From an uncultured delta proteobacterium (GTDB taxonomy: Bacteria; Desulfobacterota; Binatia; UBA9968): a stretch of 64,000 bases of DNA. The stretch is from positions 285,427 through 349,426 of the forward strand of contig CAVSLC010000023.1 of the NCBI GenBank assembly GCA_963728565.1. The letters are read 5' to 3'. The notes below the pieces were generated by a model. It saw only the letters and a program-made list of their open reading frames with translations, searched no databases and was not told where the DNA came from. Shown piece after piece: positions 42,800 to 53,361 of the stretch (position 1 is the first letter of the stretch; each line of letters starts with the position of its first letter). A program made the position numbers and the translations under genes.

Positions 42800-45107
42800 G
42801 TGGCTTACATTGGTTCAAGAGTTAAACGTAAGGAAGATTTAAGGCTGCTTCGCGGCATCGGTAAGTACGTTGCCGATGTTCATCGTGTAGGCATGACGCA
42901 CGCGACAATTCTCCGCAGCGCGCACGCGCATGCGCGGATCGTCAAAATAGATGCGGCTGCTGCCCTGAAGTTGCCTGGAGTCGTCGGTGTGCTTAGCGCA
43001 AGCGACATGGCCGGAGTGAAAAGCATTCCGATGCGGACCGGCATAATTCCAGGAATGGAGCGCTCGCAGCAATTTCCCATAGCAGCCACCAAAGTGCGTT
43101 ATGTGGGGGATCCGATAGCCGTGGTGGTGGCGGAAAATCGTTACATCGCCGAAGATGCCATGGAGCTTATCGACGTGGAGTACGAGGCGTTGCCTGCGGT
43201 GATCGATGCCCGGAGCAGCATGCAGGCAGAAGCACCGCGACTTCATGAGGCCGTGCCGAACAACATCCCGGCGAATTTCCAGGTCGATGTCGGCGATGTC
43301 GATAGCGCGTTCGCTAAGTGTGATCTCATCATCGAAGAGGAATTTTCGATCCAGCGACATGCGGCTGTGCCGTTGGAGACGCGCGGCTTAGTAGCGGAGT
43401 TCGACGAAGGCCGCAGAAGCCTCACCGTGTGGGGACCGACTAAAATGACGCACGCCAACTGGCGTATTCTCTCCGATCTCATCGGCCTGCCGCAGAGCTG
43501 TATCCATTTGATCGAGCCGGAAGTGGGCGGCGGCTTCGGTGCCCGGGGCGAGTTCTATCCCGAAGACTTCCTGATCCCGTTCGCGGCCATGCATTTCCGA
43601 AGGCCGGTCTGCTGGATCGAGGACCGCTCGGAAAATCTAAAAACGATGAATCAGTCGCGGCAGCAGAACCATCGGGTCAAGATCGGCGTCAAAAACGATG
43701 GCACCATCATGGCCATGGACGCCGAGATTCTCTTCGATATGGGCGGGTACACCAGAACCCATGGCGGTACTCCGGCGATTGCCGCGTCGGCGATGCTGCG
43801 CGGCCCATTTCGCATCAAAAACTTTCGCGCTAACGTTTTTTGCGTGCTGACCAACAAAACTCCGGTGGGCACCTATCGCAGTCCTGGACGCTATGAGGCG
43901 AACTTCGTACGAGAACGGCTGTTAGATATGGTTGCACGCCGACTCCACATCGACCCAGCGGATATCCGACGACGTAACTTCATTAAGCAAGATGAGATGC
44001 CTTATGATCACGGCCGGCATCCCTACCACAATATACGTTACGACAGCGGCGATTTTTCACTTCAGTTCGAACGTGCTCTGGAGCACATCGGCTATGAAAA
44101 ACTGCAGGACCGCTGCGCAGATGCTAAAAAAGGAGGCGGCGCCATCGGCATCGGCATCGGCTGTTTCGTGGAAACCAGCGGCAGAGGACCTTGGGAGTAT
44201 GCTCGTGTCGAAGTGGACAATGGCGGCAAGGTGGTTTTGTATTCGGGCTGCAATTCACTTGGTCAAGGAATCGCGACAGCCTTGAGCCAAATCGTCGCGG
44301 ATGAACTGCAGGTTGCGATCGAGGATGTACGCGTGATCCACGGTGACACCGCAAAGGTTCCGTACGGAAACGGTAGTAATGCCAGCCGTTCGACCGTGAT
44401 GGCTGGCAGCGCCGCGGTGGGAGCGTCGCGCAAGGTTAAGGACAAGCTTTTGCGCCTGGCATCTATGGCGCTGGAAATCGACATCGGCGATCTTGTTCTC
44501 CAAGATGCGCACGTTGTGGCACGGGGCGCGCCAGATCGATCTCATAAGCTTCGCCGCTCTTGCCCGCTTGGCGTTGCCTGGTCCAGCTCTGAAAAGCGGT
44601 ATAAGCCCGGGAATTTCTGAGGAGGATTTCTTCGCCACGGACCAGCGTCCATTTCCGTACGGTGTGCATGTCGCGGTGGTCGAAGTAGATCGTGAGACCG
44701 GCGAAATAAAGATTCTCGACTATTTAGTAACCGAAGATATCGGAAGAAAAATCAATCCCATGATTGTTGAGGGACAAATGGCCGGTGGCTTGGCACAGGG
44801 AATCGGCGGCGCTTTGTTGGAGGAGTTTGTCTACGCTGAAGATGGTCAGCCCCTCGCGACCAGTTTCATGGACTATCTGATGCCGACCGCGATGGAAATG
44901 CCCAAGGCGCAGCTGATCTCGACTGAAGATTTCCCTTCCCCGCTCAACCCCCTGGGTGCCAAAGGCGCAGGCGAAGGAGGAATCACTGCGGCTGGCGCGG
45001 CCTTGGCTAATGCAGTTTCGAACGCTCTTGGTGTTGAGGTAACCAAGCTGCCCCTCAAACCGGACTACCTGTTGAATCTGATCAAAATTGCCAACGCCCA
45101 TTCATAA
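42800..45107 (+). CDS. Xanthine dehydrogenase family Mo-binding subunit, copy 2, frameshift near 44545
   Basis: RKEDLRLLRG, GGGFGAR, GTYRSPG, LGQG; C-terminus with AKGAGE in ORF 44493-45107. Confidence 0.9.
43455..43902 (+). repeat. 448-nt near-identical direct repeat (copy 1) inside Mo-subunit gene 2
   Basis: Matches 50288-50735 with five mismatches by my reading. Confidence 0.9.
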
Positions 45108-45356
45108 GCTCGATTAAAAATCGACCATCGGGGCGTTGATTGTTATAGCCTAGAAGTAAACGTTCATACGATTATCGTCCGTATGACCTTCACCGCACTC
45201 AGAGATCATTGTGTACCTATCCGGGTCACTGGCTGAATAAAACGCGAATTGGCAATCAAGTTCAGTCTTGTTCCTGAACTGACCCAACGATGTCTGAACA
45301 TCGAGAATAGCTCATGAGAGAAAGGCTTAGGAGGTAGGGTATGGCTGTCTTGGATC

Positions 45357-46451
45357 ATGCAACGAGTAAATCGAAAATTAACTCACGTGGGTTGTCGATC
45401 GATAGTGATTCTATTGCTGCTAGTGCCGTATATTCAGCTAAGCAATGTACGAGCCCAGGGCTTCAACGAGAAGGAAGTCGCAGCCTTCTACAAGGGGAAA
45501 ACGGTAACGCTTACCGTCGGTTTCGATCCGGGCGGAGGCTATGACATAGCCGCGCGCATCGTTGCCAAGCACCTCGGAAAACATATTCCCGGCAATCCCA
45601 ATATAATCGTCTCGAACCGACCAGGCGGAGGTAGCCTGGTAGCGGCAAATCTCGTCTACACGACATTGGCCCAAGACGGCACACAAGTTGTCGATTTCCA
45701 CCCGCAGATGCTGCTTCAGCAAGCGCAGGGCCGTGAAGGTATTAAGTTCGACGGCTTGAAATACCATTGGCTCGCAAGCCTCAATGCGGGCAGCACCTCC
45801 TGCGCCGTGCATGTGGAGAGCGGGGTTAGTCATCTCGATCAGATCAAAGGTTCGGATGGAAAAGTGGTGACCATGGGAGTGGAGGCTCCGGGATCCGGTA
45901 TTACCGATGGCACAGCAGTAATCAGAGCGGCATTAGGTCTAAAGTTCCGCATGATTTACGGATACACCGGACAGCGTCCAATTGTGAATGCCGTCTTGAG
46001 TCGCGAGGTGGATGGAATCTGCTCCAGTTGGGATTCTTTCACTTCGACTTTGAAAAATCTGTTTGAGCCGAAACAGTTAGTCCGCATGCTGGTGATTAAT
46101 GAGCCTGAGGTTCCGAAGCATCCCTGGCTCAAGGATGCTGTTGCCGCCCAGGCTGCCGCGCCGGACGACACGACGCGCAGGTTGCTCCGGGTCGTGGATG
46201 GACCTAGGGCAATTTCCTACCCATTTGCCGTCGGCCCTAAAGTTCCGAGAGATCGCGTTTTAGCATTACAGCAAGGGTTTGAGAAAATGTTGAAGGATCA
46301 AACGTTCATATCCGATTACGAAAAAACCGGGCGAAGCTATGAGCCAAAGAATTGGAAAGAAGTGACGGAAGTCGTGAATGATCTTCTGACGATGGATGAC
46401 AAGACCAAGAAAGCTCTGGAGGAAGCCCTAAAGCGCAAGGAAGCGCCTTAA
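45357..46451 (+). CDS. Bug/TctC substrate-binding protein
   Basis: FYKGKTV, GFDPGGGYD, NRPGGGS, GPKVPRDRV. Confidence 0.9.
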   Translation: MQRVNRKLTHVGCRSIVILLLLVPYIQLSNVRAQGFNEKEVAAFYKGKTVTLTVGFDPGGGYDIAARIVAKHLGKHIPGNPNIIVSNRPGGGSLVAANLVYTTLAQDGTQVVDFHPQMLLQQAQGREGIKFDGLKYHWLASLNAGSTSCAVHVESGVSHLDQIKGSDGKVVTMGVEAPGSGITDGTAVIRAALGLKFRMIYGYTGQRPIVNAVLSREVDGICSSWDSFTSTLKNLFEPKQLVRMLVINEPEVPKHPWLKDAVAAQAAAPDDTTRRLLRVVDGPRAISYPFAVGPKVPRDRVLALQQGFEKMLKDQTFISDYEKTGRSYEPKNWKEVTEVVNDLLTMDDKTKKALEEALKRKEAP

Positions 46452-46525
46452 GAAGATATCGGCCGCGACACACGGTCTTAGTTGAAATGCAACGAACATC
46501 GTAAGTTCGATTTACCCCTAACCTA

Positions 46526-48023
46526 ATGGCAGAGGCTTTTCTAGCGGGCCTTACCGCTGTCTTTACCTACCCTACATTCCCGTTGTTGCTGATCGGGATC
46601 TTGGCCGGGTTTGTAGTCGGTATTCTTCCCGGCGTCGGGGGTGTTACCACTCTCGCACTCATGCTCCCTTTCACTTTTGATATGAAGCCGGTTGAGGCAT
46701 TCGCGTTTCTTCTGGGGATGCTCGCCGTTACATCCACGACAGGAGATATCACTTCCATACTCTTTGGTATACCCGGGGAGTCTATTTCTGCCGCAACCAT
46801 CGTCGACGGTCATCCGATGGCCAAGAACGGCGAAGCTGGACGCGCGCTAGGCGCGGCGCTCATGAGCAGCTTGGTGGGAGCAATTATCGGAGCAGGAGTA
46901 TTGGCGATAAGCATTCCTGTTATCACTCCGATTGTGTTGGCGTTTAAATCACCTGAGTTTTTTGCCCTCGCCTTGGTAGGGGTCACATTTGTCGCCGCTT
47001 TAAGTGGCACGAACAAGCTCAAAGGCATCGTCGTAGCCGGGCTCGGACTGTTACTCTCTGTGGTTGGACTGGATTCGCAAACCGGCGTGCCTCGTTACAC
47101 GTTAGGGATGATTGAGTTCTGGGAAGGTTTGAGTTTGGTGCCGGTTACGGTGGGACTCTTTGCCATCCCTGAAGTCGTCGATCTATGGATCAAAGGAACC
47201 AGTATCGCGGAGAAGAAAATAGGCAAGATCGGCGGTGTCATGCAGGGCGTCAAAGATACATTTGTCTATTTGGGTATCACGGTCCGTTGCAGTCTCATTG
47301 GCACAATCATAGGAATCATACCTGGTTTAGGGACGGGCGTCTCCCAATGGGTGGCTTACGGGCACGCAGTACAAAGCGCGGCGGATAAAAGTAAGATTTG
47401 GCAACGGAGATGTCCGGGGCGTGCTCGGACCGGGTGCGGCTAACAACTCGGGGATCGGCGGTTCGCTCATTCCAACGCTGGGTTTTGGCATTCCTGGAAG
47501 CGTCTCCACGGCTATTTTGCTCGGGGCGTTCTTGATCCAAGGAATCGTTCCGGGTCCGAGCATGTTGACTGAAAATCTGGGCCTTACTTTTTCATTCGTT
47601 TGGATGATTGTCATCTCCAACGTCATTACAGTTGTCTTGAGCTTCATGTTTCTGAACCAGCTTGTGAAGATCACTTACGTCAAGGGCGCGCTTCTCTTGC
47701 CGGCTATCCTGCTACTGGTTTTCCTTGGATCCTACGCCGACTCCAATTCGATGCTCGACATGTTTCTGACGATTGTCTTCGGGCTACTCGGATTGACGAT
47801 GGTCTATTTGGGGTGGCCGCGACCGCCGTTAATTTTGGGTCTGGTTTTGGGCACGCTCATCGAACGAAACTTTCTAATATCGTATGAACTTCATGGTTTG
47901 GCTTTGTTTCTCAAACCCATCGTCGTGGGCACGTTCATCCTCGGGTTTGGCAGTTTGATGTTGTCTTCTTATCGCCGCCGGACGGCGAAATCGGAGAGTG
48001 CGCGTGTTTCACAGAGCGCTTGA
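46526..48023 (+). CDS. tctA: Tripartite tricarboxylate transporter large permease, frameshift near 47395
   Basis: GILPGVG, ILFGIPG, DGHPMAKNGEAGRAL, GIIPGLG; continues ANNSG...IPTLGFGIPGS, PPLILGLVLG in ORF 47421-48023. Confidence 0.88.
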
Positions 48024-48549
48024 TCTAGTCTTTGCCTGTTTCGTTTCGCTGGTGATCCTCTGGTTCGTTTGGGAGGCCAGGGATTGGTCATTTCACTCAC
48101 GGTTATTTCCTTGGTCGGTGGGGATTACTGTTCTGATTCTGGCATTGGCTCAAGTAGCTATTTCGGTGCGCAACTTTCAGTTTGGTTCATCGAAAGACGA
48201 ACTGTTGAGAAGGTGAGACCTCAAGATCATCAGGCGGCCGAGGTCGAGCCCTCTGAAATATGGCGTCTGGTGACGATCGGGAGTTGGATCGCAGTGTTTT
48301 TCTTGGGAATTTGGCTGTTCGGGTTCCGCTTGGGGAGTCTGATTCTCACAGATTGCATTTTTAAAAGTCGCCGCCAAGGAAGGTTATAAGCAATCCTTGA
48401 TCCTTGGGTTGGTCAATTATTTCTTTTTCTTGATCATTTTCGATTTCGCGCTGGGGGTTCCTCTTCTCGAAGGCGCTATTGCCCAATGGCTAGGAATTGA
48501 ATCTCTGGACGGTTTCGTTCTACAAGAGTTGCGCAAACTATGGACATGA
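47998..48549 (+). CDS. TctB-like small permease, apparent frameshifts near 48200 and 48350
   Basis: Four hydrophobic segments in successive frames (SRLFPWSVG; WIAVFFLGIWLFGF; IFDFALGVPL) directly after tctA. Confidence 0.65.
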
Positions 48550-48682
48550 ATTTATAGCTCTCAGAGTCGGTGTTGAGCCGGCCTGCGGCAGGTAACTGAT
48601 GTATAGGATCTGCAGCTAGGTGTCACGATCGCTCCTGGTTCTGAGTTGGGAAAACACGCAATAGAGAGAGGAATAATTCACA

Positions 48683-49522
48683 ATGATTATTGCAGACAAT
48701 TCTGAATGGTACCGAATGATCACACAAAATGACCATGGCGATCTCGCCGGGCAGTTTGCTGCTCATTGGGGAAATAAAAAGTTTGCACGCCTAAAGCCCT
48801 ATGGGTCAATGGTGCTGGCGGCTGAGGCCCATGATAACGGCTGGTGGGATTGGGACGTATCTCCATCTGTGGATGAACAAGGCGCTCCCATACCTTTTAC
48901 TCGAACGCCACGAGAATTCAGATCGACTTTTTACGGCAAAGGCATCGACAACGTGATCTCTCGAGACCTTTATGCAGGATTGATCGTCAGCATGCACGGC
49001 GTGGGTCTCACGAAAAAGCGTTATGGAACGATGCCGACAATGGTGGAGCGTCAAGACGAATACTCTCAGCAGTTCGTAAAAGACCGCGAACCTGATCACG
49101 ATCAGATGCTGGCAAGGCTAAAACAGATGGAACAGTATGCCGGCGCAACGGATCAGGAACAAATATGGTTGAACTATCTGATGATGCAGGTGTTCGATCG
49201 GCTGTCACTTTTTTTCTGTTCTAACTACGACATTACAACTGTGCCGGAGACCGGCGGTCACACAGCTGGCAAAGGTTATTATGGCCCTTCGATCAAACCA
49301 ACCCCGGTAAAATTGGGCGAGGAGGAGGTCGATCTGAAGTTGCGTGTTCTCGATCGCGACAACGTGCTCGTAGAACCCTATCCGTTCGATCAGGCGCCGT
49401 TGCGAGTCAGCGTTCGGGGAAAACTGATTCCGCGTGTTGCCTACCGATGCCAGGAGGAATTCAGAGAGACCTACGCCAAGGCACAGCGGGAGCAGTTTGA
49501 GTTCACACTTAGATCGGCGTGA
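48683..49522 (+). CDS. DUF3891-like protein, copy 2
   Basis: TQNDHGDLAGQFAAHWGN, EAHDNGW, VSMHG, FDRLSLFFC, PYPF; GAGG RBS. Confidence 0.78.
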   Translation: MIIADNSEWYRMITQNDHGDLAGQFAAHWGNKKFARLKPYGSMVLAAEAHDNGWWDWDVSPSVDEQGAPIPFTRTPREFRSTFYGKGIDNVISRDLYAGLIVSMHGVGLTKKRYGTMPTMVERQDEYSQQFVKDREPDHDQMLARLKQMEQYAGATDQEQIWLNYLMMQVFDRLSLFFCSNYDITTVPETGGHTAGKGYYGPSIKPTPVKLGEEEVDLKLRVLDRDNVLVEPYPFDQAPLRVSVRGKLIPRVAYRCQEEFRETYAKAQREQFEFTLRSA

Positions 49523-49631
49523 TCATCCTGGACGTTTGGTGATAGCGGCCGCTTATCTCCAGCGATGCATTGCAAGGCGAATAGCGACTGTCGAGCCATA
49601 GATCCGAGCTTTTTTCGGCAGGTAAACAGCG

Positions 49632-51936
49632 ATGCCATATATTGGTTCAAGAACTAAACGCAAGGAAGACATAAGGCTGCTACGGGGCAGCGGCAAGTAT
49701 GTTGGCGATATCCAGCGCGTTGGAATGGTTCACGCTGCTATTTTGCGGAGCACTCAGGCGCATGCGCGCATCACAAGAATCGATGCAACCCGCGGCCTTG
49801 AAGCTGCCCGGTGTTATCGGTGTTCTTACCGCGGCTGATATGCCGGGATTGAAAACAATTCCGATGCGTACCGGTGTCATTCCAGGCCTGGAACGCTCGC
49901 AGCAAACTCCAATCGCGACGGACAGGGTGCGCTATGTTGGCGACCCTGTCGCAGTGGTGGTTTCGGACAGCCGTTACATTGCCGAGGATGCGCTCGAGCT
50001 TATCGACGTTGAATACCAGGCCCTCGGCGTTGTCACGGACGCGCGCCAAAGCATGCAACCGGGAGCTCCCCAACTGCATGACGCGACGCCAAACAACATC
50101 GCTGCCAACTTTCAGGTAAATGTCGGCGACGTCGACGCGGCTTTCGACGGATGTGATCTGGTATTTGAAGAAGAGTTCTCTACTCAGCGCCACTCCGCAG
50201 TGCCGCTGGAAAACCGGGGTTTAGTCGCGGAGTGGGACGAGGGGCGGGGACTTCTAACGATGTGGGGACCGACCAAGATGACCCACACCAACTGGCGTAT
50301 TCTCTCCGATCTCATCGGCCTGCCGCAGAGCTGTATCCATTTGATCGAGCCGGAAGTGGGCGGCGGCTTCGGTGCCCGGGGCGAGTTCTATCCCGAAGAC
50401 TTCCTGATCCCGTTCGCGGCCATGCATTTCCGAAGGCCGGTCTGCTGGATCGAGGACCGCTCGGAAAATCTAAAAACGATGAATCAGTCGCGGCAGCAGA
50501 ACCATCGGGTCAAGATCGGCGTCAAAAACGATGGCACCATCATGGCCATGGATGCCGAGATTCTCTTCGATATGGGCGGGTACACCAGAACCCATGGCGG
50601 CGTTCCGGCCATTGCCGCGTCGGCGATGCTGCGCGGCCCATTTCGCATCAAAAACTTTCGCGCTAACGTTTTTTGCGTGCTGACCAACAAAACTCCGGTG
50701 GGCACCTATCGCAGTCCTGGACGCTATGAGGCGAATTTCGTGCGTGAGAGGCTTGCCGATATGATTGCCCACCGTTTAAGGTTGGACCCAGCGGACGTAA
50801 GGCGGCGCAATCTAATTCGTCGTGAAGAGATGCCCTACGACTTGGGCAAGCATCCCTTTCACTACATGGTCTACGATACCGGAGATTTTATCGCCCAGCT
50901 CGATCTGGCATTAGATCGTTTCGGATACGATAAACTCCAGAACAGCTGCGCTGCCGCCAAGCAAGAAGGCCGAGCCGTGGGAGTCGGTATCGGCTGCTTC
51001 GTCGAAACCAGCGGCATTGGACCGTGGGAGTATGCTCGAGTCGAGATCGACAGTGGCGGCAAAGTCCTGCTGTACTCCGGTTGCAACTCCGTTGGTCAAG
51101 GCATTGCCACGGCGCTCAGCCAGATCGTCGCCGATGAACTGCATTGTTCAATCGATGACGTGAGCGTGTTTCACGGCGACACCGCGACAGTTCCGTACGG
51201 CAACGGTAGTAACGCCAGCCGCTCTACCGTCATGGCTGGCAGCGCCGCGGTCGGCGCCTCGCGCAAAGTGAAAGAGAAGCTCTTTCGCTTAGCCTCTTCG
51301 AGTCTAGAAATCGACGTAGCCGACCTTATCCTCCAAGATGGTAGAGTGGTTGCATTGGGCGCACCGGACCGTTCGCTCGGCTTTGACGACCTCGCGCGCA
51401 TGGCATTGCCCGGTCCGGCGCTTAGGAATGGAATCACACCTGGTATCTCGGAAGAAGATTTCTTCGCTACTGACAAGAGACCATTCCCTTACGGACTGCA
51501 TATCGCAGCCGTTGAAGTCGATACGGAAACCGGCCAGATAAAAATTCTCGACTATTTTGTCACTGAAGACGTCGGACGAAAAATCAATCCGATGATCATC
51601 GAAGGGCAAATGGCAGGCGGTCTGGCGCAGGGTATCGGCGGAGCAATGTTGGAGGAATTTGTTTACAGCGAAGATGGTCAGCCTTTGGCAACTAGCTTTA
51701 TGGATTACCTGTTGCCCACGGCAATGGAAATGCCCAAAGCACAGTTCATCTCAACAGAAGAATTCCCAAGTCCCCACAATCCGCTGGGCGTGAAAGGCGC
51801 CGGCGAAGGCGGCATCACCGCAGCTGGGGCAGCATTGGCGAACGCCGTGTCGAACGCGTTGGGTGTCGAAGTGAAAAAGTTACCGCTGAAGCCTGACTAT
51901 GTTTTGGAATTGCTCAAGCGAAGTCGTGTCGTGTGA
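49632..51936 (+). CDS. Xanthine dehydrogenase family Mo-binding subunit, copy 3 (close paralogue of copy 2), frameshift near 49790
   Basis: MPYIGSRTKRKEDIRLLRG (49632 ORF) joins AALKLPGV... of ORF 49699-51936; GGGFGAR, GTYRSPG, VKGAGE. Confidence 0.9.
50288..50735 (+). repeat. 448-nt near-identical direct repeat (copy 2) inside Mo-subunit gene 3
   Basis: Matches 43455-43902. Confidence 0.9.
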
Positions 51937-52250
51937 GATCAGGTTCTAAACATCGGGCAAGCTTTTTTATGACTATTATCCCTAATCCGACATTATTCGA
52001 ATCCCGCGAGGCCAGCGAGCCCTACAGCCGTGGGCAATGGGTCAGTGCCTTAAAGGCCACCCCGCATTCCCCTAAAGGTGATATTTCTTACGTCGGGGCC
52101 TTAGAGCCAACGGCGTGCTCGACTGCCCACGGCTTCCAGTCTCGCCATCCTCGCTCACTGCTGACAACGCTCAAGTATTGTCGGATTACGGTTATGTCTT
52201 GGTTCATTTGCCGTACATCGTCCTAGCTGCGAGAAGACCGCTAACGGCCT

Positions 52251-53231
52251 ATGCCGGAAAACGAGTTGAATTCAATGGATATCATCGACGTGCACGCCCA
52301 TCTTTACCCGGAAGGCAGTTTCACCGAGGTGCTCAAGAACGATAGCGAATTCGAGTTGGTCGAAAACCCGCGGGGCCAATCGCTGGTCTACCGCGGTAGT
52401 CATGTTATGTCGATGCCCCTGGGCCAGGCTGATATGGCGCTGCGTTTGGCCTCGATGGATGAAGCGGGCATCGGGATGGCCATACTTTCGGTGGGTGCAT
52501 TGAATATCGGCTGGGCACGCGCGCGTACGGCGGCTGCGGCGCGTATTGTCAATGATGGTCTAGCTGCGGTTTGCCGCCAACATCCAGGGCGGTTCCGGTT
52601 TGTCGCAGTGTTGCCGTGCGCCAACGAAGCAGAGATGAAGAGCGAGCTCGATCGAGCTCAAGATCTGGGCGCGGCGGGTGTCGGTATAGCAACCAACATC
52701 GGCGAGTTTCAACTGCACGCGCCGGAGATACGCCACTTTTGGCGTGAAATGAATCGCCGCAAGCTGATGGTGTTGGTGCATCCAACCTGTCCCTGCGACG
52801 CTCCGCAGAACGATCCGGGAACGTTTCTCTCCGTAGGTTACCCTGCCGAGACCGCAATGGCAGCCACCAAACTGGCGCTGGCTGGTGTGTTGGCCGAGTG
52901 CCCTGACGCCAAAATAGTGTGGTCGCACCTGGGCGGCAGTTTGCCGATGATTTTAGACCGCATTGATCGTGGTTATCAGCGTTACTCCAGTTGCCCTCAT
53001 CCTCCCGGTTACTACTTGCGTCGTTGTTACTTTGACACCGCATGCGCTCACGGTCCTGCGTTTGAATGCGCGCGCGCAACCTGGGGCGGCGGCGCCCTGG
53101 TGTTCGGCACCGATGTTCCCCACGTGCCGAATACCGAGAAAGATACCCTTAGGGCTTTGGAAGGTCTTCAATGGTCCGATACCGAACTGCGAGATATCTA
53201 TGCTGGCACGGTGCGGAGATTAATGATTTGA
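52251..53231 (+). CDS. Amidohydrolase_2 family protein (ACMSD / 6-methylsalicylate or 5-carboxyuracil decarboxylase-like)
   Basis: IIDVHAH, RLASMDEAGI, LVHP, SHLGGSLP, YFDT, FGTDVPH. Confidence 0.9.
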   Translation: MPENELNSMDIIDVHAHLYPEGSFTEVLKNDSEFELVENPRGQSLVYRGSHVMSMPLGQADMALRLASMDEAGIGMAILSVGALNIGWARARTAAAARIVNDGLAAVCRQHPGRFRFVAVLPCANEAEMKSELDRAQDLGAAGVGIATNIGEFQLHAPEIRHFWREMNRRKLMVLVHPTCPCDAPQNDPGTFLSVGYPAETAMAATKLALAGVLAECPDAKIVWSHLGGSLPMILDRIDRGYQRYSSCPHPPGYYLRRCYFDTACAHGPAFECARATWGGGALVFGTDVPHVPNTEKDTLRALEGLQWSDTELRDIYAGTVRRLMI

Positions 53232-53361
53232 CGGATTTTTTTATCTCTAGTTCGGGAGTTCAGGCGGGATTCCGGTGCTCATCGGATCTCTGTAGGCTAT
53301 CTTTTTATGGAAGTGGTAAGAGCTCTAACGGTGGCCTTAAACAAGGCGGGGAGAACATAAA

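Noticed and set aside
51933-52250. 97-aa ORF after Mo subunit 3
   Set aside because: No motif or RBS; probably intergenic.
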